DNA of 59,957 nt from Proteromonas lacertae (Eukaryota). The translations under genes were made by a program, and so were the position numbers. Below the pieces are notes generated by a model. It was not told the DNA's origin. It did no database searches and worked only from the letters and a program-made list of their open reading frames with translations. Each line of letters opens with the position of its first letter. Positions within the stretch are counted from its first letter, which is position 1. The stretch covers positions 62,001 through 121,957 of the forward strand of contig NGBS01000602.1 in NCBI GenBank assembly GCA_002245135.1. Reading direction: 5' to 3'. Positions 13,348 to 26,929 of this stretch are shown piece after piece.

Positions 13348-14462
13348 TATAATATATATACTTTTTTATTCCATTTACTAAATAAGTAACAGTTAATGTA
13401 GTATTATAAAAACCAGCTCTTTCAATTGCTTTTGAATAACTATATTCTTGAATACATTCAGAGAATGCTTGCGCAAATGTAGTCAAATAAGAACATGGTG
13501 TTTTTACTGATTCTATTATATATATATATATATATTATTCAATACTATCCATATCTAAAGTGCTTTGAAAAACAATTAACTCTTGTTTACATTTCTCTAA
13601 TAATTGAGTTGATCTTTTAGAACATACACATGGCTAATTATATATATATATATTATTATTATTATTATTATTATTATACAAGATGTCTACAATAATAACA
13701 TGGTTTATTCTTTAATTCATCCAACTCCTGAAATAAACCAACTATTAGATAATAATCCCTTGATTTGATATTTTTATTGCTTCTTTGTGCCTTTAATTCC
13801 TCTATAAATCTTTGTATTAATACTTTTAATTCAATTGAACTATTGTATTTGTTGTATTTTAACAAATATTTCACTGGATTTCTTAATGAACGAATATATT
13901 CTTGCACACATTCATATTTACATTCATTACAGTTTAAAGCAATTGGAACTATGTTTGGAGAATATATTTGAAATATTTCTAATATTGTTGATTGTTTTAT
14001 CTTTTTTTTGATATATAATAGTGTTATCTATTTGGATATATTAATTATTGATTATAATACAATTATTAACGGTGAAATTAACTCAGTGTTATTATGATTT
14101 TTAGGTTCTATTCCATTCAACCAAGCATATACACAAGCTATTTTTGATTAACTAAATAAATAATATACATTTATTATAAATATCATTAAAAATGTCTATT
14201 ATTATTTGTTCATCATATTGCAAAGCTGTATACAGATCAATGTATGAATCAACATATTGCCTTGATTTATCTATCTAAATATATGATAAATATAATAAAA
14301 TACGCACATTAACATTGATTGCACTACTTGCTTTTCAGTTAACGAATAATTTTGTCTTATTACCTCCATTTGTTTGATAAAATTGGTCATAGCATAACCA
14401 TTAATACTTTCCAAAAAACTAAATAGTAGCCGAATGTTTCCATACGTTGTGAGCTGCTCCAT
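12993..14462 (-). CDS. Hypothetical multi-exon protein
   Basis: ORFs 14271-14462 and 13674-13907 plus further small exons bounded by GT...AG introns, ending ...EFYEACNAITQLYYEVNGK*. Confidence 0.6.
13314..13347. repeat. (TA)n microsatellite inside an intron
   Basis: Uninterrupted TA run. Similar intronic TA/TAT runs occur at about 882-906, 2390-2420, 13652-13677, 32578-32604 and 56258-56292. Confidence 0.9.
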
Positions 14463-14656
14463 GATGAGAAAAATGCAAAAATAGAATAGTCTAAATGAAA
14501 CGAATAGAATTTTAAAATTGATATTTCTTCTATATCACCCCATCTCAAAACAAAAATATTCATGTATATATATAAACAATATTAATTTACACAATATATA
14601 TTGTTTATCTTCCATATAACTTACAAATTAGCATAATCAACTATAAACAAGTAATA

Positions 14657-15636
14657 CTAAAATATTATACCATCCAGTAGAATATCATCAGTGAATTTAG
14701 CTTCATTTTCAAACTCTTTTAATACAATATCTAACATATCTTCTTTACCTTCACCATTAGCAGCAGATTTAAAGCATTCCCTCAACTTATCATATTTCAC
14801 AAATGACTCTGGAACAGGTAAATCAAATATATAATAAGCACTACCATGTCTTACAGTTTTAACTGCATTTAATTTCTTCAAGCCATTCAATATCTTAGCA
14901 TTAGTAGGATGTACAACAGCACCAAATTTCTTAATTCCATTTTGTAAAGCCACTAATGATAATCCATATAATAAAGAACTACCAATACCATGTGATTGAT
15001 ATTCATCTATTACTGTCACCGCCCATTCAGCTAGTTCAGGATCATCGTATTCTCTTATATATCTACCTACAGCTATACCATTAGATGTTGATAATGGATT
15101 AGATGGATCAAATGATAAAACGCAAAAGGCAAAATGATTAACATAATCTAAATGACTTAAATATTCTAATTGTTCGGGTGAAAATCGTTTGATTGGATGC
15201 ATGAAGCGAAGAAAGAGAGAATTAGGTGATATTTTAGGAAGAGCTATTATTATTATTTATATGATAACTATATTATACAATTAACTAAACGAGATTTATC
15301 AGAATTAATAACTGGTCTTATTAGTATTTTCATATCTGATGTAAATTGATATAATGAACTGTGCTTTGATATAAATTTTGCTTCGGTAACTTTATTGAAT
15401 ATCCTTCCTTCATTAACTATTTCTAAAAGTAAAGTTTGAAGGGCCACTCTCCCACCATTTGCTTCACATTGCTCTTCTATTTTCTTAGCCATAGTTTTTA
15501 TTTGTTTAGATGTGAAACTTAGATCTATTCTTCTAAAATAATCATTCATACCTGGAATATTACCTGTTTCTCTTTCTAATAAATAAAAGTGTTTATCTGT
15601 ATCTGCACCTATTGATAATCTTCTTTTCTTCTGCAT
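14657..15636 (-). CDS. GNAT-family N-acetyltransferase (Pat-like GNAT domain)
   Basis: ILIRPVINSDKSRL..LRFMHPIKRFSPEQLEYLSHLDYVNHFA..IAVGRYIR..AEWAVTVIDEYQSHGIGSSLL (acetyl-CoA binding QxxGxG). One intron at about 15245-15279. Confidence 0.85.
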
Positions 15637-15735
15637 AAAAATCAAAAAGAAATAAAAAGAACAAAAATGGGTTTATGTAAAATCCTTTTTCGATGAATTA
15701 CCCCAATTCAAGTAACAGTTAGAAAATATTAAATC

Positions 15736-17119
15736 ATGTCTACTGCATCAACTTACACATATAAGGAAAAACCTAATATATCTCCATATGCTCCACATAC
15801 ATTTGCTGCAGATTATGCTTTAGGTATACTTCAGAAAGATAATGTAAATGAATAGATCATGCTAGAAGATCAAGTACATCTCACAAAGAACCAAGTATAT
15901 TTGTTTATTTAATAATTCAATAGGCGCACAGACTATATATTTAGAGCAAATAAGATTTCTCACAAACAGGGTGAAAGAACTTGAAAGAGAGAAAGATGTA
16001 TATAATATTTGATAATAAGTACAATTAATAGGAAATTTCAACTAATACAAAGACCTCCACAATTAAGGAATATGAAAGAGGTTTTCACGATGGTTATGAC
16101 CATTTTAAAGGTGATTTAGTGAAAATAAAAAATGCATTTAAACAATCCACAGAGTTGTCAACTAAACAGAAGGATAAGATTAAGTCATTACAATCTCATC
16201 TACATAAAGCACAGTATTTTTGTGTTATTTAACATTTTTAGTAATGAAATAAGACAATTAAAAGATTCAAATAACAAAATTCAAACAGAATTAGCATTAT
16301 GTAAGACAAATAACATATATGAAAGAGATAATAACATAAAATCATTGATGAAACAGAATGAAGATTTAAAGAAAGAAATAAGAAGTTTGAAAGATGAGAA
16401 TGAGAAGAATAATTACTATCTATTGATGGATACTCAAGAAAAAGAATCACAGTCTATAAACACAATAAATCAACTACAATCATTATTACAAGATAAAGAT
16501 GATGAATTACAAAGAAATGATGAAGTTGATATCTTTTTTGTTAATATATATAAATATATTTTATATGTTAATATCCTTAATTTACATTTTACTTAGGAAT
16601 ATGAATAGACAAATAGAAAGTCTAAAAGATCAGAATGATTCATTAATCCAACAAATAACGATGGTTCAAAAGCAGACGGAATTAACTGAAAAATACAAAA
16701 GTGATTTTGATGATACAAAATATGAAATAAAGCAGAAGAAAGATGAGATTAAACAAAAGAAGGAGGAAATAAAGAAATTGACAGATGCTTTAATAGATTC
16801 TCAAGAGCATTTTGATAAACTACGAAAAGATTTTGAACAGTTACAGCATGAGAATATGAACCTAATGAACGAAATAAAGATAATGAGAGAAGATGCTGAA
16901 GCAATTAGAGCTAAGATGGAATTATATGAGACTCAGTCAAGTGTAGAAGTAGAAAAACAATACAAAATGAAGATGGAACTTCTTAAAAATGATTATGAAA
17001 TGAAAATAAGAAAAATGGAGAATAAAATTATGAAATTAGAAACTATATTATCAACACAAAGTAATAATACATTTGATATGTCATCATCACTACCTTCATC
17101 TCCATATAGACTTTATTAA
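15736..17119 (+). CDS. Coiled-coil protein, multi-exon
   Basis: Heptad-rich ORFs 16132-16596 and 16499-17119; upstream small exons from ATG 15736; contains an AT-AC intron. Confidence 0.7.
16529..16592 (+). other. U12-type AT-AC intron, 64 nt
   Basis: 5' ATATCTTTTT, branch TCCTTAAT about 11 nt before terminal AC. Removal joins the two coiled-coil ORFs in frame (NDEV-V-RNMNR); the obvious GT-AG alternative hits a stop. Confidence 0.8.
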
Positions 17120-17250
17120 ATACTTAATTTAGATGTTGTTATGTATATTTTTTACCTTCATTCTTTTATATGCTAATTTGTTATTATTTAATCACTTTAC
17201 ATATTCACTATAAAAATAATATTAAAAAAAACAAACTAACAAAAATTAAG

Positions 17251-18530
17251 TTATATTTTTATAATTACACTCTTATTCACACATTTTTTATAAATTTTTA
17301 TTCTCAATGAAGTTTGTCTTGATATGAAGTTGTTATTAAGTTGAATTACTTTCAGCTTTGTCAATTTACTTACACTATCAACAAATAATTCTACTCCTTC
17401 ATCCTTAATCTTATTATCTATTATTAAATATAGTAAAAGAATATATATACATGAAAAATTAACATCAGATAAATTAGTCAGATAATTACATTTGTTACAA
17501 AAATACTTCATACTTTTATCATCAACCAAATTGTCATTAAGATATAAACAGGAAAGTAAAGGAATATCTTCAAAATGATTACTTAAACATTTCATACCAT
17601 ATGAATCAATATCATTATCTATAAATGATTTATTATTACTATTATTGTTATATATATTATACGTTTCATATACAAATACTTTATATCTTTCAAAGTATAA
17701 ATATTATCTAATAAATATTCTACTCCATAATTACCTAAATATCCCATATTCAGATTGATTGTCATTCTATCATTGGCTTTGTTGTGATTATATGAGGATA
17801 TTTCATTATCTATTACTTGAATTATCTCATTCTTTATTGGATAATAAACTGAATAATATAATCCTTTACAGTTATTTTTAATTAAATTCTTGATTATTCT
17901 ACTTCTATACCATGATTCTAAATGTATTTTATCATCTATTTCTAGTCTTATTTCTTCAATAAGAACTTCATTTGGTTTAGCAAATATCATCTCTTTTAGT
18001 AATTGACTATACTTTTCATATTTTAATTTGACCTTTATATCTTCTTCACTCTTTATATCTTCAAATACAACTTCTTCTTCTTTTATGTTTATGTTTTTCA
18101 TCATACAGTAAAAAATCTTACCTATTTTACTAATGTAATTCACATTCTCATCAACATTTTCACAATTATACCAATCACTGATAATCATCTCATCATTCTC
18201 ATTAAATGTGATGTTTGTAATAGAAAGACTAATATTGTTAATTCCTATTGTGTTTATCATATTGATTGTATCTACAATATTATTCATTACATCTAATGTT
18301 TTCCTCTCTGATAACCTATTGCCCCTTAGTATATTTACTAAATAAGAGATCATCCCTGTTTCATTTAATTTTATATTTTCTTCTTTTTCATACACGATAT
18401 TAATGGGATTTAAATAAGGTAGACATAATTTATTAACAATTTTTATCTTTTCTAACAAATATTTAACTACTTTCTTTTCTAGTTCATCTTTTCTGATAAT
18501 CTCTTCTTTAACATTCCCTGTAGTTCCCAT
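17251..18530 (-). CDS. Pseudokinase-like + RNI-type leucine-rich repeat protein
   Basis: Degenerate kinase (NISLSITNITFNENDEMIISDW; IGKIFYCMM) followed by LRRs (LYLNDNLVDDKSMKY; NKIKDEGVELF; IQLNNNFIS). Confidence 0.7.
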
Positions 18531-18728
18531 TATTATTTATATTTTATAATTGCATGCATTGGACACTTACACCGAAAGAAAAACACAAAATAAAAAAAAT
18601 TGATTCAAGCTTTTGAAATTGGCTTGGTTAATAAAAAAACAAACACATACATATATACTAATAATAAATAATCTCATGAAAATGAGAGAAAATAAATATA
18701 CATAATATACACAAATATATGTCATATA

Positions 18729-20725
18729 TCATATCATATCATCTGATTTATTCATAATATCAATCTCAATACTTCCAGGAACATTAATAACTCTGTTATT
18801 ATTATGCAAAGGTGATCCAATAGATAAATTATTCTGTTGAAGTTGAGATACTGAGTGATGTTGAAGTTGTTGTTGTGGTGATTGACATTGTGTTTGAATC
18901 ATTTTCCTATTCTTATTTACAGGTGTTTCATTAAAAGATGAAGATAATAAGGCAGATGCTTGAAAAGATAGTTTTATCCTATGTGAACCATTGATAAATA
19001 TACTTCCATTACCATTATTTGTATATCGAGGAGGAGAAGGAGCACAACTATTATTATTAGCATAAGGATTATTACTAACATTGACTTTAGGTGAGAATTC
19101 ATCATTTTCACTTTCACTACTATCATATTTCTTATTATTATTAGAATTATTCTTTTTATCATTTGAATCTGAATTATTATTGATTAATATACTGCTATTA
19201 TCATTTTTATAATTACTATTGCTTCCCTTCATAGCCATCTTAGTGTTGTTGCTATTTGTATTAGTTATATTATTCAATGGTTTGGGAGTTAAACTTGAAG
19301 TATTAAAACTACAATTACAACCTCTTACACTTCCATTATTATTATTATATATTGTATCATTATTTGCTAAATTTGTATTAATAGTTAAATCCATCGGATG
19401 ATGATGGTTGTGTTGTCTTTGGAATAATGAACTACTTCTATCTCGATAATTAGATGAACTACGCAATATAGAACCAGTACCAGATGATGTAGTAGTAGTA
19501 TTATTATTACCTACTGTATTGTAATTACTGGTATTGGTTGAATACATATCAACCAATGATCTTCCTGTATTATCATTTGTAGTTGTATTATTGGTTGTTG
19601 TATTGTTTGATTTTCTACTAGTTGATCTGGATTTAGTCAAACTATGTTCGTTATATAAATTAGTGAATATTTTATGATAGAAATTGCCTTTACTAACTAG
19701 TAACTTCTCAGCAGTAAAACAGGTTAAATACTTCAAATTATATTGTATTTTCTGTTTATGATGCATTGGTAGATATCTTTGAATCATTATTTCTAATAAA
19801 TCACTTACATTTATATCTTCAACAGGTGGTGTTAAAGAACCTGGATAATTCCCAGTTTCATAATCAAAACGGTAATGGTGAGGTAAACCAGTAAATATTC
19901 TTTTTATGAACCTTATACATGATTCTGGTGGAAAACGACCTCTGTGGTTGATTTGATATGATTTGATTAAATTGTAATTTAATTTTCTTTCAAAAATTGG
20001 AATGTATATATTTGTTGGGATGTACAGCTCAATAATGAACATTTCAAATGAGTACATAGGCTCCCATACATGAAATGTCCTAGATATGAAATTATACAAC
20101 TGATTTAAATTTAAAAAACCATCATGGTTTCTATTCATTCAATATATATAATAGTAATATACATATCTAACTTTTCAAACAATTCTTCTGCTCTTAAGTC
20201 GAGATAGCACTCATTCGAAAATAATGTTGCCAACTCACAGATGTTTCTCCATGATACTTTCTCTGGATTAATATATGATATTGTACACAATACTATAATA
20301 ATAATAATATAATAGATTCATAGAAAATATACAATAATAATGTAACACTGAAGGAGTAAACGCAAAAAATATGACAAATTGAAAAAAGTCATTCCAATCC
20401 ATAGAATTTTCAGCTATACGTAAATAAATACAAAGAAATACGATAGACATCTGTAAGCTTTGAGAAAAATGGCATTTTTATAAATCTAGGAAGGTGGTAT
20501 AATTTTGCTTACATCCATTTTTGATACAAACTTGTTACTATAGGAAAGTGATAAAAATGTAGTGTAAATACTCTTTTATAATATCAAATTTCTTTCTAAG
20601 TAGTTGTACTTCTTTATTGTTTACTATTAAATTAGAATAGAAGCTATACAGTTAAAGTATTGAGCAAATTTGACTGAATTAGGTGACAGACCATTTTGAT
20701 CGATTAGTTTTTCGTTACTATTCAT
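18729..20725 (-). CDS. EF-hand protein, tandem paralog 1 (Asn/Ser-rich tail); apparent +1 frameshift near 20509
   Basis: Shares MDWNDFFQFVIFF and D.NHDGFLNLNQL with the next two genes. Confidence 0.7.
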
Positions 20726-20899
20726 GGCAGATGAAAATGAAAATTAAGTATTCAGTAGATCACTAATACACATAAAATAAATAAAACGACCAATTATTTT
20801 TTATGTAATTTAGGTTTGACATTTACTCGACAAAAGAAGAAGAAATAAAAATCAAATATACATATTAATTTAAAACTATAATTTACAGTACTTGTACTA

Positions 20900-22237
20900 C
20901 TAAATAGAATGATCATCTTCAAAATTAGAGGGATCTATAGTAGATATAACAGCTGTATTAATAACTATTGTACTAGTAGAACCTACTTTTATATTATTGG
21001 TGTTATTAATTAACGATGAATTTGCAGTTAAAGGATGTTCATCAGAACTGGAAGGGAATGATTCCATTGTTAACTTACCTCTACTATCTAAATTAGGTGA
21101 TTTAGTAGAAAGTGATGCTTTATTTGAATTTCTAGGTAAAGGATAAGGCATAACTCTAACACTCTTTTTATCAGAGTTTCTTGAGTTACTGTTACTTCTA
21201 TTTCTAGCAGATATCTCTGCAAATAGTACTTCAGAAGATCCATTACGTCTTGTAGTACATCGTGGAGCATTTGAATAAAACATATCAATCTGAAGCAATA
21301 TAGGATTTGAAGATAAAGGATCAATATTCCTGAGAAAGTTATCATTACTTATACTATGATAATTTATATTGAATTTCTTTATATAAGTTGTAACGACGTG
21401 ACTAAGTGTAATATCTGAAGGTGAACAGCCATAATCGTGATGAGTTGGATTAGGCCTGCCTAATAGAAAGTTTTTAAGTGACTGTATGCACGGCTGTTTA
21501 GGATCTTTACCTTTATGCTGTTTTTGATATTGTTTTATTAATCCAATATTGATCTTTCTGGTTAATATGTCATAATAGAATGGTAGGAATGTAGAAATTA
21601 ATTTTACACGAAATGTATAAATTGGTAACCATAATTCTTCTGTAATTTGAACAAATTGAAATAATTGCCTTAATGACAATAAACCATCTGAATTTACATC
21701 CAATCGCATAAATGTCATCTTTATATCATCATTTATTAAATGATCTGTATGTAATAAAGTTAAAAATTGAATAATATCCTTCCAAGAGATGAATTTTTTA
21801 TCAGTTCCTGGAAATGAATTAAACAATGCTGTTATTACACCAACAGATGGAGCAAGGCTATAAAAAACGACTAATTGGAAAAAATCATTCCAATTTAAAC
21901 CGTGATTTTCTATAAATTATAAATATATTAATCAATCAAAATATATACGGTATGGCTGGAATATATAGTCATAAAATGGTAGTATTTTCAAGTTCAAACA
22001 CTTAAGAATGTTATAAGAGTTGATACAATTTGTTCCTTTATATCTAAGATATTAAAATTGATAATAATACAATTTCAATTTCTTATATTTTCTTTTTATT
22101 GTGTTAACTTCATAGTTACTCACTACAATATAGCTAATTAGATAAATACTGACATAATAATTTGCTAATAAAATTGAATCTTTATTAAGATCATTACTAT
22201 CCGAGACACTGATCTGAGAGGGTGAAATTTCATTCAT
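20900..22237 (-). CDS. EF-hand protein, tandem paralog 2
   Basis: LNWNDFFQLVVF; EF-hand loop RLDVNSDGLLSLRQLFQF; family motif NP..HDY.C. Confidence 0.75.
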
Positions 22238-22350
22238 TACTCATAGATCTACAAAAGAAACAATCAAAATGTGAAACAACAAAAAACGAATAAATATTTA
22301 AAAATGAAAAAAAGAAATAATAACTATACTATAGTTACAAACATAACAAC

Positions 22351-23742
22351 CTATAATACATTAATAAATCCTTCACCACCTTCATGAGTATCTTCTCCAG
22401 AAAGAGTATTCTCAAGACAATCATGAGAAATTCTGTTGTTGATATTGTTCTCTGCAGCAGCAGCAGAATTGGTCTTATTCATTGATTTATGTGTACTATG
22501 TTTTACAACTTGAGATGACATTGTTAAAGAACATCTATACCCAGGTGGTCTAACAACTATTAACAAACTATTATTTCTAGATTGATTTGCCTTTAACATA
22601 GGTGATGTAGTTACAGATGTTTTCAATATTGATCTTGCTTTAGGAAGTGATTCACAACCTGCTTTCATCGACATTGACATTGAACTAGCTCTAGATGTAT
22701 TATCTTGAGGTTTTACGGGTAACATTGCTCTATAAGTTATGTAATATTTATCAATCTCAACTATCTCAGGACAAGTACTAAATGAAGATAAATATTTCAT
22801 AGAAAACCCTTCTTTTTCATATATGAAATTGGATTTGTATTTCTTAATAATAATTATTGTAAGATCAGTAAATGATATATCACTTATATCACATTCATAA
22901 TCATATGTATTGGGATTTGGCTTATTTGTTAAAAAATACATCATTTTTGATCCACAACTAGAATCTGGGTATTTTCCTTCATTATGCTCTTTATACTGCT
23001 TTATGAGTGGTAAATTCTTTTTACGGTTTAATATTGTTCTATAACATTTGGTCTTATATTCATTTTTCTTTCCTGGAACAGGCTCTGTTGATGTTGGTTG
23101 AAGAAAAATCATTATTAAATGAATTCTAAATTTATATAATAACTCAAATATGTCTGATGTTTGAGATGCAAAGTTACAGAATTGAACAATACTTAAACAA
23201 CCATCGTGATTTAAATCAAAGGTTTTAAATGTAGATAGAGTTAATTGATCAATGTAACTTTGCTGACCTAGAAGACTAAATAAATGTATCAAATGCTCCC
23301 AAGCTACAACCTTTTCGAATGTTGGGAAAGAATTGAAAATCACTATTAAAAATGATTTATTATATATTATATACTATAAAACACTGCTGGTTGTGGAGCC
23401 AAACAGAAAAATATAACGAACTGAAAGAAACTGTTCCAATCCATAGTTACACCATTAAAAGGTGATAACAAATGATCAAGCAATGGAAATGTATTCAATT
23501 TCATTGAAGCTAATATCGTTGTTCGGAATGCACTACAGGTACCATATTTTCTAAACGTTGTTATAGAACAAAACATACAACACCAGATCAACATATTTCT
23601 TGTATATTTCTTTAATGTCATTGTTATTTACTAAAATATATACAGCAAAAACAATACAACAAAAGTAACGGGCGAATAATAAAGAGTCTCTGTTCAAATG
23701 ATTAATATCATCTGTATCATTAATTACTAGTGGTAGTGGCAT
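22351..23742 (-). CDS. EF-hand protein, tandem paralog 3
   Basis: MDWNSFFQFVIFF; TFDLNHDGCLSIVQF; NPNTYDYEC. Confidence 0.75.
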
Positions 23743-23877
23743 AATATAACTTTATATAAATTTCATAACAGACGAAAAATACAAAAAATACACTTTGGGT
23801 TTGAACAACCAAACTTTTTAAATCATTTGTAACGAATATTTTTTATATAAAGCTTGAATCATGTCAAACATTTAAAA

Positions 23878-24664
23878 ATGAAATTTCCTCTTTTTCTTCT
23901 CTTCACAGTTTTTATTTATATTGCATATGCTGAGCAGGATTACTACAAAATCTTAGGTGTCAAACGTGATGCTACAGAATCTCAAATCAAAAAAGCTTAT
24001 AGAAAACTGGCTCTAAAAGTACTTTGTTAATTTTCATTTAATAGTACCATCCAGACAAGAATCCAAACAACAAGGAAGAAGCACAGAAAAAATTTGTTCG
24101 AAGTTAATGCTGCTTATGAAATTTTGAGTGATCCACAGAAAAGAAAGACATATGATCAAGTATATTTATATATTATTAGTTAATAGTATGGTGAAGAAGG
24201 ATTGAAAGGTCAACAAGGAGGTGGTTTTGATCCTTTTGAAGATTTTGATCCTTTTGATATATTTAATCAATTTTTTGGAGAAGCAGGAGGAGGAGGTGGT
24301 GGAGGTGGTAATCGTAAAGGTAATTTACATGGCCAAACATACACATTTCATTTTGAAAACAACGGAGGACAAGAATTCCATTTTCAAGAAGGTGGATTTG
24401 ATGATGGTGATCCATTTGATTTCTTATTTGGTGGAGGAGGTGGAGGTGGTGATCCATTTTTTGGTGGACCATCCAACCCAATTATGGATAGTATATATAT
24501 TTATATTTCTTTTATTTTTTTAATTCAACTAATTTTATATTTTTCTTACTAGTCTTTATTGATCTATTGTTTCTATCTTTAATTTTAATGCTCTTCTGTA
24601 GATGCGGATGACTTTGAAGAGATTGAAGATGATAGAAGGTGATTTTGATTTTGACTTCTTCTAG
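23878..24664 (+). CDS. Signal-peptide J-domain protein (ER DnaJ/Hsp40) with G/F-rich region; +1 frameshift at about 24098; 3' end uncertain
   Basis: Hydrophobic N-terminus, [47 protein letters not shown], then a G/F-rich tract. Confidence 0.85.
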
Positions 24665-24876
24665 ATATAATATTAGTATAGTGTCTTATAATAATTATGT
24701 CTTAACATATATAATGTGTTTAATGCATTTTAAAGAAGAACATTTTTAAAAATTTATTAAACTTAACCAGTAAAATAGGTCAAACACTGTATCATAAATT
24801 CAAAAAGGTTGATAGATTATTCAGATACGTTGATGGGTATAAAAAAAGTTAAAAAAAGGCATTTCGGTTGAGCTTT

Positions 24877-26477
24877 ATGAATTTTTTCCCATTCTTTGTT
24901 ATTTGCGTGGTTCTGTTCCCTGTTGCTATAACAGACGGTTCAGTGGATATGTTGGACAAATTTACTAGACTAAAAAGCTACAGCCTAGCAAATCAAAATA
25001 ACCTTGATCATGATCTTAGTTATGAAAAGAGTATATTCATTTTCTATTACCATTTTTAATAGTGGACTTGAGTGACTATAAAGCCGACTTATTATTCAAC
25101 AACAAAAACATGGAACAACAAAACAACTACAGAAGCGTTATTAATAACAGTTCTGAAGCTCATGCCTATGTACAATGGGTCAATCCATTTGGTAATTTAT
25201 ACTTTGTCTCGAACTTCGAAGAATCACACAATCTTGGTAAAAACGGTGGTGTAATGAGCTGTGCTACAAATACAAGCACAATTATTGTGAATGTTATAAA
25301 CGTAGAGGGAAAAATACAATCATACATTCAGAATTTCATTGAGACATTCCCTGCTAAGGAATTCAGGAATTTAAACTCAATAACGATGACAACTATAGTC
25401 TATATACAGGATGAGGATATTAAAGCAGGACCACTGATTAATCCAAGTGATGAAGACTACAATCAGCATTTAGACTTAAATTTTCACACAACAAGATGTA
25501 ATATTATATCTGAGAACAAGGATATGTCATACTTATCATTCAAATATTCAGATTTACAAGAACCTGCAGATTTAATTTCACCCATTCTTATGTATATTGA
25601 GTTTTTCAAACCTAATTTGATGGGTCACATTAACAGCAAAAAAGACGACATAAATATAGTGTGTGAAAATCCAATAACTCACAAAATAACTCAATATTAC
25701 AACAATGAATTAGAAATATCATTGAAAAACTATCCTAATGAGAGAGTTGAAGTTATATTGGATTGTATTAATCTTCAATCAATGATTAGAAACCAGAAAT
25801 ATTCATCAAAATGTGAAACATCATTTTTATTCAATAATGAAGTTAATAAACAAATACCTGATGATAATGACATATGCCATTTCTTAGTTAATGCTAATGG
25901 TGATTCAGTAGATTATTATAATAGCGAATATTACAATTACAACATTCTTTCTGATGTAAAAATAGAAAATAAAAACGACAATAATGAGGTGCAATTAATC
26001 AGTAAAGATAATAGAGATGTAATTATTGTGGATGATAACTTAACTCCATCACTATTAGAAGATGTGATAAATAGTAATAGGTTTGAAATATCATACAAGA
26101 ATAAGATTAGTAAAGAAAGTAAAATGATTATACTCAGGAAATTTCAAGAGAATTTCGTATATACATTATATGGATTAAAGAAAGATGATAATTATAAAAA
26201 TGGCAATGATAATAATAAAAATTATACAAATGTTTTGTCTAAGTATGAAAACTTAGGTAAATATAGAATTAATTCACATTTACACTTATTAACATATGAA
26301 ATATCTAAATTGGACAAAAATAATTGTCCAGATGTAAATATATTTGGCGATATTAATAATAGTTTGCCATTTAACTTACACTATAGTCATTACTTAATTG
26401 AATTTAGTAATAATCAAAAAGATTTATTTTGTAAATTAAATAATGAAAGTGATGAAGATTCTTTGGATGAAGAATAA
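24877..26477 (+). CDS. Hypothetical secreted protein (signal peptide, one intron)
   Basis: MNFFPFFVICVVLFPVAI signal-like start; intron at about 25031-25062 joins a 471-aa Asn-rich ORF. Confidence 0.6.
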
Positions 26478-26929
26478 AGTTCATTTATACGTATATATTA
26501 ATAATATTTTATAAACACATTCTAAACTGTTTTACTTGGGTATATAATAAAATTTTCTTAATCACATACATTTTTACTAGCTGATCTAAATAACATCAAT
26601 TAATTATATTCTACATATTAAATATGCTGCACATAGTCAAATGTTGTTGAAATTCAATAATGTTATTCATTCTTTCATTTGTGATATATGTAATGAGAAT
26701 TTTATTAACAATGAGAAAAACAACTATGAAACGGCTAGTTAATAAAAAAGAAACCATAGTAGCTAATATCACCACCATCACTTCGTAATATAGATGTATA
26801 CCAATCACATAAACTCGTATTTATTCTCACAACCTATAAGATGAAGAATTAATAAGACTGTAAAGTATTTGGGGGTTGAATTTTTTGGGTGAAACAGATT
26901 TTTCAACTTATATTCCTTTTTTTCGTAAG

